Assembly: GCA_003565095.1 (NCBI GenBank)
Contig: PXDI01000090.1
Coordinates: 1 to 32,480, forward strand
Source of the DNA: PVC group bacterium
GTDB lineage: Bacteria > Verrucomicrobiota > Kiritimatiellia > UBA8416 > PXDI01
DNA: 32,480 bases
Reading direction: 5' to 3'
Every line of letters starts with the position of its first letter. Position 1 is the stretch's first letter. The translations under genes and the position numbers were made by a program. Under the pieces are notes generated by a model. The model worked only from the letters and a program-made list of their open reading frames with translations. It did no database searches and had not been told where the DNA came from. Positions 1-7,750 of the stretch are shown here, one piece after another.

Positions 1-2
1 GG

Positions 3-413
3 TTTGCATCAGCGGCCGAACGGGATATGTTTGTGCTGTTGCTGGGTGCCAGCGGCATCGGCCCGCGCCTCGCTCTCGGCGCCTTGAGCGGAATGGCGGT
101 GGGCGAACTGACCCGCGCGCTGGCCGAAGGCGATACTAAGCGGCTCAGCACTATTTCCGGAGTGGGGCGCAAAACCGCGGAGCGGATGGTGGTGGAACTG
201 CGCGACCGGCTGCAGGATTCCGACGTGCTGCAGGCCATGGCCGGCGGCGGCGAAACCGTCACGCCCGCCGCGCACGATGCGGTGATGGCGCTCGAAGCTT
301 TGGGATATGCCTCCGCCCAGGCCCGCAAAATGGTCGGTGATGTGCTCAAAAAAATTGAAAAGACCGATCCGGCGGTTGAAGATATTATTAAACAGGCGCT
401 CGGCGGCGGATGA
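3..413 (+). CDS. ruvA: Holliday junction helicase subunit RuvA, C-terminal part (5' end outside window)
   Basis: Translation in frame from nt 3 reads FASAAERDMFVLLLGASGIGPRLALGALS...ISGVGRKTAERMVVELRDRL, the tandem helix-hairpin-helix motifs of RuvA domain II. A linker and domain III-like AHDAVMALEALGYASAQARKMV follow. It lies directly upstream of ruvB. Confidence 0.9.
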   Translation, partial: FASAAERDMFVLLLGASGIGPRLALGALSGMAVGELTRALAEGDTKRLSTISGVGRKTAERMVVELRDRLQDSDVLQAMAGGGETVTPAAHDAVMALEALGYASAQARKMVGDVLKKIEKTDPAVEDIIKQALGGG

Positions 414-422
414 GCAGGGAAA

Positions 423-513
423 GCGGTTAGGTGCTAGGGGTTAGTGGCTAGGAGGCAGAAAGCTGCAATATATGTGTGGCTGTCCTAGCCCCTAATTCCT
501 AATACCTAACGCC
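423..513. repeat. Imperfect 32-nt inverted repeat made of TTAGG/CTAGG words (long hairpin) in the ruvA-ruvB spacer
   Basis: Left arm 423-454 is gcggttaggtgctaggggttagtggctaggag. Right arm 482-513 is gtcctagcccctaattcctaatacctaacgcc. By eye, 24/32 positions are complementary and 3 more would be G-U pairs in + strand RNA. The loop is 27 nt. Confidence 0.7.
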
Positions 514-535
514 TTTATAATATAGGAATATGTAA

Positions 536-1579
536 ATGATGAACGAAGCCGATGCAACATTCAACCGTCCGGCGGATACGCTGAACCGGCCGGATAGCGA
601 GCTGGATGTCAGGCTGCGCCCGGAACACTTTACGGAGTTTGTGGGTCAGCAGAAGGTGCGCGAAAGACTCGAGCTGGCGGTGGAGGCGGCCCGCGGCCGC
701 GGTGAACCGCTTGACCATGTGCTGCTTTCCGGCCCTCCCGGCCTCGGGAAAACCACTTTGGCGTATATTCTGGCGGCCGATATGGGGGTGAATATTAAGT
801 CCACCTCCGGGCCGGTGGTTGATAAACCCGCAGCACTGGCCGGCTTGCTTACCGCACTGGAACCCGGCGACATTCTCTTTATTGACGAAATTCACCGTCT
901 GCAAAAAGCGGTTGAAGAATATCTGTATTCAGCAATGGAGGACTATTTTATTGATATCATGATCGATCAAGGCGCCAACGCGCGTTCGATCCGCCTGAAT
1001 CTGCCGCGCTTCACTCTGGTGGGTGCCACCACCCGCAGCGGACTGATCTCCGCCCCGCTGCGGTCACGCTTTGGACTGGTGAACCGTCTTGATTATTACG
1101 GAACAGATGAGCTGTGCTCCATCTGCCGCCGTTCTGCCGGACTCTTGCAGGTGCCGGTGGATGAGCCGGGCGTGCGCGAAATCGCCTCGCGCTCACGCGG
1201 TACCCCGCGCATTGCCAATAACCTGCTGCGGCGCGTACGCGATTATGCCCAGGTCAGGGCCGATAACCGCATTACCCGCGATGTCGCCGACCGCGCATTG
1301 GAAATGCTGGAAATCGACCGCCGCGGACTTGATCAGATGGATCTTAAAATTCTCGAAACCATTGTACATAAATTCGGCGGAGGTCCGGTGGGAATTAATA
1401 CCGTGGCAGTCTCGGTTGGTGAAGAACCCGATACGATCGAGGAGGTCTATGAGCCGTTTCTGATTCAGGAAGGCTATATCGGCCGCACCCCCAAGGGCCG
1501 TATCGCCACAGAACGCTGCTATCAACTGTTACAGATTACCCCGCCGTCACGCTCCGGACAACTTGACTTCGGTGTGTAA
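536..1579 (+). CDS. ruvB: Holliday junction DNA helicase RuvB (AAA+ ATPase)
   Basis: [54 protein letters not shown] contains the Walker A motif. Also present are [10 protein letters not shown] (Walker B), the [21 protein letters not shown] sensor region and [18 protein letters not shown]. Length (347 aa) and synteny with ruvA are typical. Confidence 0.97.
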   Translation: MMNEADATFNRPADTLNRPDSELDVRLRPEHFTEFVGQQKVRERLELAVEAARGRGEPLDHVLLSGPPGLGKTTLAYILAADMGVNIKSTSGPVVDKPAALAGLLTALEPGDILFIDEIHRLQKAVEEYLYSAMEDYFIDIMIDQGANARSIRLNLPRFTLVGATTRSGLISAPLRSRFGLVNRLDYYGTDELCSICRRSAGLLQVPVDEPGVREIASRSRGTPRIANNLLRRVRDYAQVRADNRITRDVADRALEMLEIDRRGLDQMDLKILETIVHKFGGGPVGINTVAVSVGEEPDTIEEVYEPFLIQEGYIGRTPKGRIATERCYQLLQITPPSRSGQLDFGV

Positions 1580-1611
1580 GATGATAACAACCCTGCCACA
1601 AAAGAAGATAG

Positions 1612-1633
1612 GTGCTGTTTGATTTGACAGCAC
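1612..1633 (+). terminator. Weak hairpin after ruvB (7-bp stem GTGCTGT/ACAGCAC, 8-nt loop), no U-tract
   Basis: Stem arms are 1612-1618 and 1627-1633. It lies 33 nt after the ruvB stop and is followed by gatataataaac rather than a T run. Confidence 0.2.
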
Positions 1634-1657
1634 GATATAATAAACAAGGACAACATC

Positions 1658-3259
1658 ATGGCAAACACCAGTATCTGGGGCAACGGACAGTTGCTCGCTT
1701 TCTCAGGAATTGACGGAACAACATCATATAAGTCCGGCCTGTGTCTGCGGACGATCGGTGGACGCACTGCCTTTGAAGTAAAACTGCCGGACAAAGCGGT
1801 TCTCGAGCTGGATCCGGCGGTGCCTTCCGCCTGTGACCTGGCTTCCGACTGGTTTGTGCTTGAGTGTGCTTCCGGCACGGTGCGCGGGGTGCTGGCGGAT
1901 GCGTGGCATCTGCTCATCGAAGGCCATGTCGAAGTGACCGGGGCAAGTGAAAAACTGCAGATACTCAAAAACGGCAACCGCACCTTGCTGGCGGTAGCGG
2001 ATTTTTGCAAACCGGAATTGCTGGAGTGTGATATCGATGCCGTCCTGAGTGCACGCCGTTGGTGGGCGGATGCCGCCGTTGAACGCCTGGGGGTTGCCGA
2101 CCGCCCGGCGGCGGTCAAGGCCATTCGCCAACTGAAGGGGCAGGTATATTCCGCCGAAGGCAATTTCAAGCAGCGCTGGACTACTCCCGACCGCTGGCCG
2201 CACCGCGGATGCTGGCTGTGGGACAGCGCGTTTCATGCCATCGGCGCACGCCATATCGATCCTTCCCTCGCGCGTGACGCAATCCTGTCAATGTTTGACG
2301 GGCAGCAGCCCGACGGGATGATTCCCATTCGTGTGAATCCGGACAGTGGCGCTTCCGCCATATATACCCAGCCGCCGACATTGGTGCTGGCAAGCTGGGC
2401 GGCAATGCAGAGTATGCCCGATCCGGTCTGGCTGCGACCACTGCTGCCGCGCATGAAAGCCTATCTCGAATGGGACCGGCAAAACCGCGACGGCGGCAAC
2501 GGTCTGCCATGCTGGGCCATTGAAAGCAATCCCGGCTGCCGCTCCGGCGAAAGCGGGTTGGATAATTCAACACGCTTTGATGAGGCCACCCGTATGGAGG
2601 CCGTGGACTTCTCCAGCTTTATGGCACTCGAGTGGGAGTTGCTGGGAAGATTGTACCGGCATATGGGTGATCCGGCGGCCGCCGCGGTCTGCGCTGAAAA
2701 TCATCAACAGCTCTGTGACTTAATCCGCCGCCGCCTGTGGAGTGCGGAAAAGAACTTCTTTCTGGATTATGATCTCGAAAATAACCGGTTCTGTCCGGTT
2801 TCGGCCGTGACCGGCTTTCTGCCATTGATCTGCGGGGCGGCAACGGAAGAACAGGCCCAGATGCTGGCGGAACACGCCTGTGATCCGGAATCTTTCGGCA
2901 CAACCGTGCCGCTGCCGTCGGTTGCACGCAACGATTCTACATATCGTCCCGACATGTGGTGCGGACCGGTCTGGGTAAATATGGCATGGCTGGCTGTGAT
3001 GGGTTTTGAGCGCTACGGCATGCACGAGCTGGCCAATGAAATCCGCGGACGGATGGTAGCCGAAATTGAACACTGGCACGGAAAGCTGGGGACAATGTTC
3101 GAATTCTTTGACGCCGATGGCGAGATTCCGCCGGATGAACTGTACCGCAAAGGCCGGCTGGCACCGGATATCAGTCCCTACCACCAGTGCTTTCACGATT
3201 ACGGCTGGACCGCTACCCTCTATCTCGATTTTGTGCTGTCCGGCGAATTACTGCTGTAA
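1658..3259 (+). CDS. (alpha/alpha)6-barrel glycoside hydrolase, clan GH-G (GH63 / MGH1-like / trehalase-like), no signal peptide
   Basis: Motifs seen are GCWLWDSAFHAIG (the WDS motif of GH63/GH37), GCRSGESGLDNSTRFD (the ESG-D-S-R acid region as in trehalases) and HDYGWTATLYLDF near the C-terminus. AAGGA lies 7 nt upstream of the ATG. Confidence 0.7.
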   Translation: MANTSIWGNGQLLAFSGIDGTTSYKSGLCLRTIGGRTAFEVKLPDKAVLELDPAVPSACDLASDWFVLECASGTVRGVLADAWHLLIEGHVEVTGASEKLQILKNGNRTLLAVADFCKPELLECDIDAVLSARRWWADAAVERLGVADRPAAVKAIRQLKGQVYSAEGNFKQRWTTPDRWPHRGCWLWDSAFHAIGARHIDPSLARDAILSMFDGQQPDGMIPIRVNPDSGASAIYTQPPTLVLASWAAMQSMPDPVWLRPLLPRMKAYLEWDRQNRDGGNGLPCWAIESNPGCRSGESGLDNSTRFDEATRMEAVDFSSFMALEWELLGRLYRHMGDPAAAAVCAENHQQLCDLIRRRLWSAEKNFFLDYDLENNRFCPVSAVTGFLPLICGAATEEQAQMLAEHACDPESFGTTVPLPSVARNDSTYRPDMWCGPVWVNMAWLAVMGFERYGMHELANEIRGRMVAEIEHWHGKLGTMFEFFDADGEIPPDELYRKGRLAPDISPYHQCFHDYGWTATLYLDFVLSGELLL

Positions 3260-3313
3260 AGTTGCATGATTTCCGGTTTGCGCCGTACCGGATGCTGCCG
3301 TATATTGTCTGCC

Positions 3314-4147
3314 ATGCCGCATAATAAAATAGCAAAACTGGGTTTGATCGCGGGCAAGGGCACATATCCGCGCTTACTGGCTGAAGGCGCCCGTGCACAG
3401 GGGGTGGAGCATTTGGTGGTGCTGGCCTTTCGCGGCGAGACCGCCCGCACAACGGTTAAGCCGGCCGATCAAGTTGAATGGTTGCGGCTGGGCAGTCTCG
3501 ATGAACTGCTGCAAGCCTGCCGTAAGCATAATCTCACCCATGTGGTAATGGCCGGACAACTGACTCCCGTCAGCCTTTTCAGAGTGCGCCTCGATTCCGC
3601 CATGCGCGCTCTGCTGGCTGATCTTCCGCAAAAAAACGCCCATACAATTTTCGGCGCGTTGGTTAAGCAGCTTGAAAACATGGGGATCACCGTGCTGCCG
3701 GCATCGGAATTCATGGATGCACATATTCCGTCAGAAACCGGGGTGCTGACCGGCTGTCAGCCCGCGGCTTCAGCGCTTTCTGATATTGAAATCGGGCGTG
3801 AAGTTGCGCGCGTGACCAGCGGTCTGGAAATCGGCCAGACAGTTGTTGTCAAAGACGGCACCATTCTGGCGGTTGAGGCTTTTGAAGGTACGGATAAGGC
3901 CATCCGCCGCGCCGGCCGGCTCGGCGGTCCCGGCAGCGTTGTGGTCAAGGTGGCCAAGCCCGGACATGATATGCGCTTTGATATTCCGGTGATCGGCGAG
4001 CGTACCCTGCGCGTTATGCGGCGCGCCGGTGCCAAAACGCTGGCGGTGCCCGCCGGCCGCGCCGTTATGCTCGAAAAAGAAAAACTTATCACCATGGCGG
4101 ATGATCTTGGTATCGCCGTTGTTGTGTTTGATACAGAAGGAACATAA
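3314..4147 (+). CDS. lpxI: UDP-2,3-diacylglucosamine pyrophosphatase LpxI (DUF1009 family)
   Basis: The N-terminus KLGLIAGKGTYPRLLAEGARAQGV and the C-terminal IGQTVVVKDGTILAVEAFEGTDKAIRRAG...VVVKVAKPGHDMRFDIPVIGERTL match the LpxI pattern. It sits in a lipid A block with lpxB. The start is placed at the internal ATG 3314 (MPHNKIAKLG); the track ORF begins at 3266. Confidence 0.85.
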   Translation: MPHNKIAKLGLIAGKGTYPRLLAEGARAQGVEHLVVLAFRGETARTTVKPADQVEWLRLGSLDELLQACRKHNLTHVVMAGQLTPVSLFRVRLDSAMRALLADLPQKNAHTIFGALVKQLENMGITVLPASEFMDAHIPSETGVLTGCQPAASALSDIEIGREVARVTSGLEIGQTVVVKDGTILAVEAFEGTDKAIRRAGRLGGPGSVVVKVAKPGHDMRFDIPVIGERTLRVMRRAGAKTLAVPAGRAVMLEKEKLITMADDLGIAVVVFDTEGT

Positions 4148-4149
4148 AT

Positions 4150-5115
4150 ATGAGTAACAGCAATAACGCTCCGGTGCGTGCCGGGGTTTTCGGTGTCGGC
4201 AGCCTCGGGCAGCATCATGCCCGGATTTATGCCGAACGTCCTGAATGCGAATTGGTCGGGGTGTATGATAGCGATGCCGACCGCGCAGCGGAAATTGCCG
4301 GCCGGCACGCCTGCCGCGCGTTCGATTCTGTAGAAGCACTGGCAAAGGAAATCGAGGCGGCCAGTGTGGTGGTTCCAACTCATCTGCATTTGGCGGTCTT
4401 CCGGCAGCTTGTGCCGTTTAATCTGCATTTGCTGATGGAAAAACCGATTGCCATGACCCCCGATGAGGCGCAGGAAATGGTGGAGTCATCTCAACAGCGC
4501 GGGCGTCTGTTGCAGGTGGGGCACGTTGAGCGGTTTAATCCGGTTATGCAGTTTCTGGAAGAGCATCTCAGCCACCCGCGCTTTATTGAAGCCATCCGGC
4601 TGGCCCCATATCCGCCGCCGCGCCCGGATGCCGCACCACGCGGAACCGAGGTGAGCGTGGTGCTCGATTTAATGATTCATGATCTGGATATTATCCTCCA
4701 TCTGGTGCGTTCCGAACTCACCGATGTACGTGCGGTCGGTGTGCCGGTGCTGAGTGGTTCCGAGGATATCGCCAACGTACGCCTCGAATTTGCCAGTGGT
4801 TGCGTGGCAAATATTACCGCCAGCCGGATCAGTCAGGAACGCATGCGCAAGATCAGGGTGTTCCAGGAAGACACCTATGTTTCACTCGATTATATGAACC
4901 AGGCCGGACAGCTTTGCCGCAAGACTGCCGCAGGGATCAGCGCTGAACCGGTGCCGATTACCAAAGGTGAACCGCTGGCCGAGGAAATCAGTTCCTTTTG
5001 TGAATGCGTCAAAACCGCCCGCACGCCGGTTGTGACCGGTGAGCACGGCATGCGCGCCCTCGAACTGGCAATCCGGATCTGCCGCCAAATGGCCGCCGCC
5101 GAGGAGTCATGGTAA
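4150..5115 (+). CDS. Gfo/Idh/MocA-family NAD(P)-dependent oxidoreductase (possible GnnA-like UDP-GlcNAc 3-dehydrogenase)
   Basis: An N-terminal Rossmann motif VRAGVFGVGSLGQHHARIY and EKP (LLMEKPIA) followed by GHVERFNP are typical of the family. The gene starts 3 nt after the lpxI stop and lies upstream of lpxB. Confidence 0.8.
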   Translation: MSNSNNAPVRAGVFGVGSLGQHHARIYAERPECELVGVYDSDADRAAEIAGRHACRAFDSVEALAKEIEAASVVVPTHLHLAVFRQLVPFNLHLLMEKPIAMTPDEAQEMVESSQQRGRLLQVGHVERFNPVMQFLEEHLSHPRFIEAIRLAPYPPPRPDAAPRGTEVSVVLDLMIHDLDIILHLVRSELTDVRAVGVPVLSGSEDIANVRLEFASGCVANITASRISQERMRKIRVFQEDTYVSLDYMNQAGQLCRKTAAGISAEPVPITKGEPLAEEISSFCECVKTARTPVVTGEHGMRALELAIRICRQMAAAEESW

Positions 5116-5166
5116 TAAGCGACAGGACTTAGGGTTTTAGAATCTTCTTAATGGCGAGGTAAAAAA

Positions 5167-5352
5167 GCGTCCGCCGACCTTGGTCGGCGGACAAGGGAAT
5201 TTCAATGACGGTATGTGCTACAAAACAATAATGGAGCCCGAATGGAGCAATAGCTGTGTGAAGCAACTCGATTGCTCAAACCGGGCTCTTGACGGATTTT
5301 ACGAATCGTTTATTTGAATTATTCCGCTCGCCGACCAAGGTCGTCGAGCGGG
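5167..5352. mobile_element. MITE-like element copy A: palindromic terminal inverted repeats plus central hairpin
   Basis: The left terminus 5169-5192 is GTCCGCCGACC-TT-GGTCGGCGGAC, a perfect 11-bp hairpin. The right terminus 5324-5351 is ccgctcgccgaccaaggtcgtcgagcgg, close to the reverse complement of the left terminus. A central inverted repeat runs 5234-5288 (GAGCCCG...GGAGCAAT...ATTGCTC...CGGGCTC). The architecture matches 6608-6800. Confidence 0.5.
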
Positions 5353-5355
5353 CAC

Positions 5356-5375
5356 AACGCCGGGGCGTTTTTTAT
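5356..5375 (+). terminator. Small hairpin plus T-run (AACGCC-GG-GGCGTT-TTTTAT) just upstream of lpxB
   Basis: A 6-bp GC-rich stem (5356-5361 / 5364-5369) runs into tttttat. It lies 18 nt before the lpxB ATG, so it could act as an attenuator or be part of the repeat element. Confidence 0.3.
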
Positions 5376-5392
5376 GAAAGCAGGGTGAGTTA

Positions 5393-6547
5393 ATGGAGCA
5401 TAATGAAAACAATTCGCCCAGTCGCGTAATGATTATCGCCGGAGAGGTTTCCGGCGATATTCACGGTGCGGCACTGGTGCACGCCCTGCAAAAGAAACTG
5501 CCCGCACTGGAAGTGGCCGGGACCGGCGGCGAACAGATGCGCGCCGCCGGGGTGGAAATTCTCTACGACATCGAAGAAATGGCGGTGATGGGGCTGGCTG
5601 AAGTGCTCAAACATCTGCGGCGGCTGCGCCAAATTTTTGCGGGGGTATGCGACTATGCCGTCCGGCAGCGTCCCGACGCTGTTGTGCTGATCGATTATCC
5701 CGGCTTCAACCTGCGGCTTGCCAATCATATGCACCGCCACGGCATTCCGGTCATTTACTATATCTGTCCGCAAGTCTGGGCCTGGAAACGCTCACGCATC
5801 AAACAGATGGCGCGCACCATCAAACATCTGATAACTATTTTCCCGTTCGAAAACCGCTGTTTTGATGATACCGGTCTGGCGGTGGATTATGTAGGGCATC
5901 CGTTGGTGGATGAACTGGCGGAAGCGCGGCGTGAATGGGTTGATGCCGCAAACCCGCTGCGCCGGGCACAGGTTGCATTGCTGCCCGGCAGCCGCACCGC
6001 GGAAATTACGCGCCTGCTGCCGGTGATGCTGGCCGCGGCAGAGAAACTGGCAGTAAAACATCCTGAACTGAAATTTGTGATAGCCGCCGCTTCGCCCGGG
6101 ATGGAAAAAGTGATCAGCGGCATAATGGCCGGGATGCATCTGCCGTCCGGCAGGTTTGAAATTGTCTGCCGGCAGACGCGGCGGGTGCTGTGCGAATCGC
6201 GTGCGGCCGTGGTTGCTTCCGGCACCGCCACGGTGGAAACCGCCTTGCTGGGGTGTCCCATGGTGGTGATATATAAAGTCGCTCCGTTGACATACGCAAT
6301 CGGCAGACTGGTAGTGAACGTGCCGCATATCGGGATGGTGAATATTTTGGCGGGGCGTGAAATTTGTCCGGAGCTGCTTCAGGGTGCCGCCACTCCGGCG
6401 GCGGTTGCAGCGGCACTTGAGCCGCTCACCCATGACACCCCGCAACGCCGCCGGATGTGTGATGACCTTGCCGGGGTTGCCGCAGCGCTCGGCACCGGCG
6501 GCAGCGCCGCTAAAGCCGCCGAAATCGTGGCGCGATATCTTGGTTGA
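5393..6547 (+). CDS. lpxB: Lipid-A-disaccharide synthase LpxB (GT19)
   Basis: Motifs seen are IIAGEVSGDIHGAALVHAL, VLIDYPGFNLRLA, YYICPQVWAWKRSRIK, LLPGSRTAEI and ASGTATVETALLGCPMVVIYK. Length is 384 aa. Confidence 0.95.
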   Translation: MEHNENNSPSRVMIIAGEVSGDIHGAALVHALQKKLPALEVAGTGGEQMRAAGVEILYDIEEMAVMGLAEVLKHLRRLRQIFAGVCDYAVRQRPDAVVLIDYPGFNLRLANHMHRHGIPVIYYICPQVWAWKRSRIKQMARTIKHLITIFPFENRCFDDTGLAVDYVGHPLVDELAEARREWVDAANPLRRAQVALLPGSRTAEITRLLPVMLAAAEKLAVKHPELKFVIAAASPGMEKVISGIMAGMHLPSGRFEIVCRQTRRVLCESRAAVVASGTATVETALLGCPMVVIYKVAPLTYAIGRLVVNVPHIGMVNILAGREICPELLQGAATPAAVAAALEPLTHDTPQRRRMCDDLAGVAAALGTGGSAAKAAEIVARYLG

Positions 6548-6607
6548 AAGAAGCGGCGGTAAAGCACTCGCCTCCGCGGCTTTGGTGGAGCGGGATGCGG
6601 GGGTAAA

Positions 6608-6800
6608 GCGCTCGCCGACCTTGCGTCGGCGAGCAAGAAGATTCTGCTAAACGATATTGTGAACACAAGAAGATGAGCCCTGTTGGAGCAAGAACAGCGC
6701 AAACCACATACTCCAGCTCAATACGGGCTCAATTTGTTTTTTGTTTGACCTGCGGCTTTTTCATAAACTTTCCGCTCGCCGACGCAAGGTCAGCGAGCGG
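6608..6800. mobile_element. MITE-like element copy B (same architecture as 5167-5352)
   Basis: The left terminus 6610-6634 is GCTCGCCGAC-CTTGC-GTCGGCGAGC, a perfect 10-bp hairpin. The right terminus 6772-6800 is ccgctcgccgacgcaaggtcagcgagcgg; its core matches the reverse complement of the left terminus at 24/25 positions by eye. A central inverted repeat runs 6675-6730 (GAGCCC...GGGCTC). A degenerate extra terminus-like copy lies at about 6560-6595. Confidence 0.5.
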
Positions 6801-6827
6801 GGGAAACCAGTGCCATCTTTACTTCCA

Positions 6828-7625
6828 TCAGCCCTCAACACACTCTTCGCAACCTATCAGCGCACTGATCCGGTCGGGATAGGTCATGTTGATCTTAATC
6901 TGCGCATGGCCGTTATCACCCAGAATACGCCGCACCACATTCTCGGCCAGATGCGGCAGATTGCACTCATTGCTGAGATGCGCCAGCAGAACCGTGTGCA
7001 AACCTTTTCCCGCCACTTGCAGCAATATCTCGGCCGCCTGATTGTTCGAAAGATGCCCGTGCCTTCCGCTGATGCGCTGCTTCAACTTCCACGGACGGGT
7101 GGAATTGCGCAGCATGTCTTCATCATGGTTTGACTCCAGCACCAGCACCTGACACCCCTTCAACCTTTCACAAAGCTGCGCAGTCGGGATGCCAATGTCA
7201 GTGGCAATGCCCGCCGCCGCCCCGCCGCTGCGCAACACCATCCCGACCGGCTCATACGAATCGTGCGGTATCGGAAACGGCTCAATGGTAATGTCGCCGA
7301 TCTGAAAAGGCACCCCGGTCTGAAAAATGTTCCACGGCAGATCGCGCATCCGGATGTCGAGTGAAAGAGCTTCAACCGTGCCATGGTTGGCATATAGCCC
7401 GACTCCCGTGCGGCGGTGCAGCACCGCCAGCGCCCGGTGGTGATCACCGTGCTCATGGGTAACACAAACCGCGTTGACCCCCTCAAGCTTTTCGCCGATC
7501 TGTTCAAGACAGCCTGCTACCCGCCGACAGCTTATCCCCGCATCAATCAAAATGCGGGTGGTCGCACTGCGTACAAAGATGCAGTTGCCGGAACTCCCGC
7601 TGGCTAATACACAAATTTCCAACAT
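6828..7625 (-). CDS. MBL-fold metallo-hydrolase (YycJ/PhnP-like)
   Basis: The N-terminus LEICVLASGSSGNCIFVRSATTRILIDAGIS and the metal-binding motif CVTHEHGDHH are typical of the fold. The start is placed at ATG 7625, preceded by AAAGGGG; the track ORF begins at GTG 7643. Confidence 0.85.
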   Translation of the reverse strand: MLEICVLASGSSGNCIFVRSATTRILIDAGISCRRVAGCLEQIGEKLEGVNAVCVTHEHGDHHRALAVLHRRTGVGLYANHGTVEALSLDIRMRDLPWNIFQTGVPFQIGDITIEPFPIPHDSYEPVGMVLRSGGAAAGIATDIGIPTAQLCERLKGCQVLVLESNHDEDMLRNSTRPWKLKQRISGRHGHLSNNQAAEILLQVAGKGLHTVLLAHLSNECNLPHLAENVVRRILGDNGHAQIKINMTYPDRISALIGCEECVEG

Positions 7626-7750
7626 TTCCGCCCCTTTCGGCACATTTTATGCTTGAGATAGTACCTTTGTTTCCAGTAGCCTGTATCGGTAGATTGCAAT
7701 AAAAAGAAAATTTCTGAATACCGTGCGAATATCGCATAAAGGGTTACTGG

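Noticed and set aside
1619-1641. TTGACA and TATAAT hexamers upstream of the GH63-like gene as a sigma-70 promoter
   Set aside because: The two hexamers are only 6 nt apart (TTGATT-TATAAT are 11 nt apart), far from the 16-18 nt needed. A start site there would also remove the AAGGA RBS.
1522-2169. Long antisense or alternative-frame ORFs (e.g. 1522-2169, 3757-4428, 9598-10185, 10299-11012, 17995-18489, 29587-30246, 31511-31873)
   Set aside because: They lie entirely opposite to, or out of frame with, genes that have strong family motifs. They have Arg/Ala/Pro/Gly-rich compositions typical of shadow ORFs in GC-rich DNA, and no motifs or RBS.
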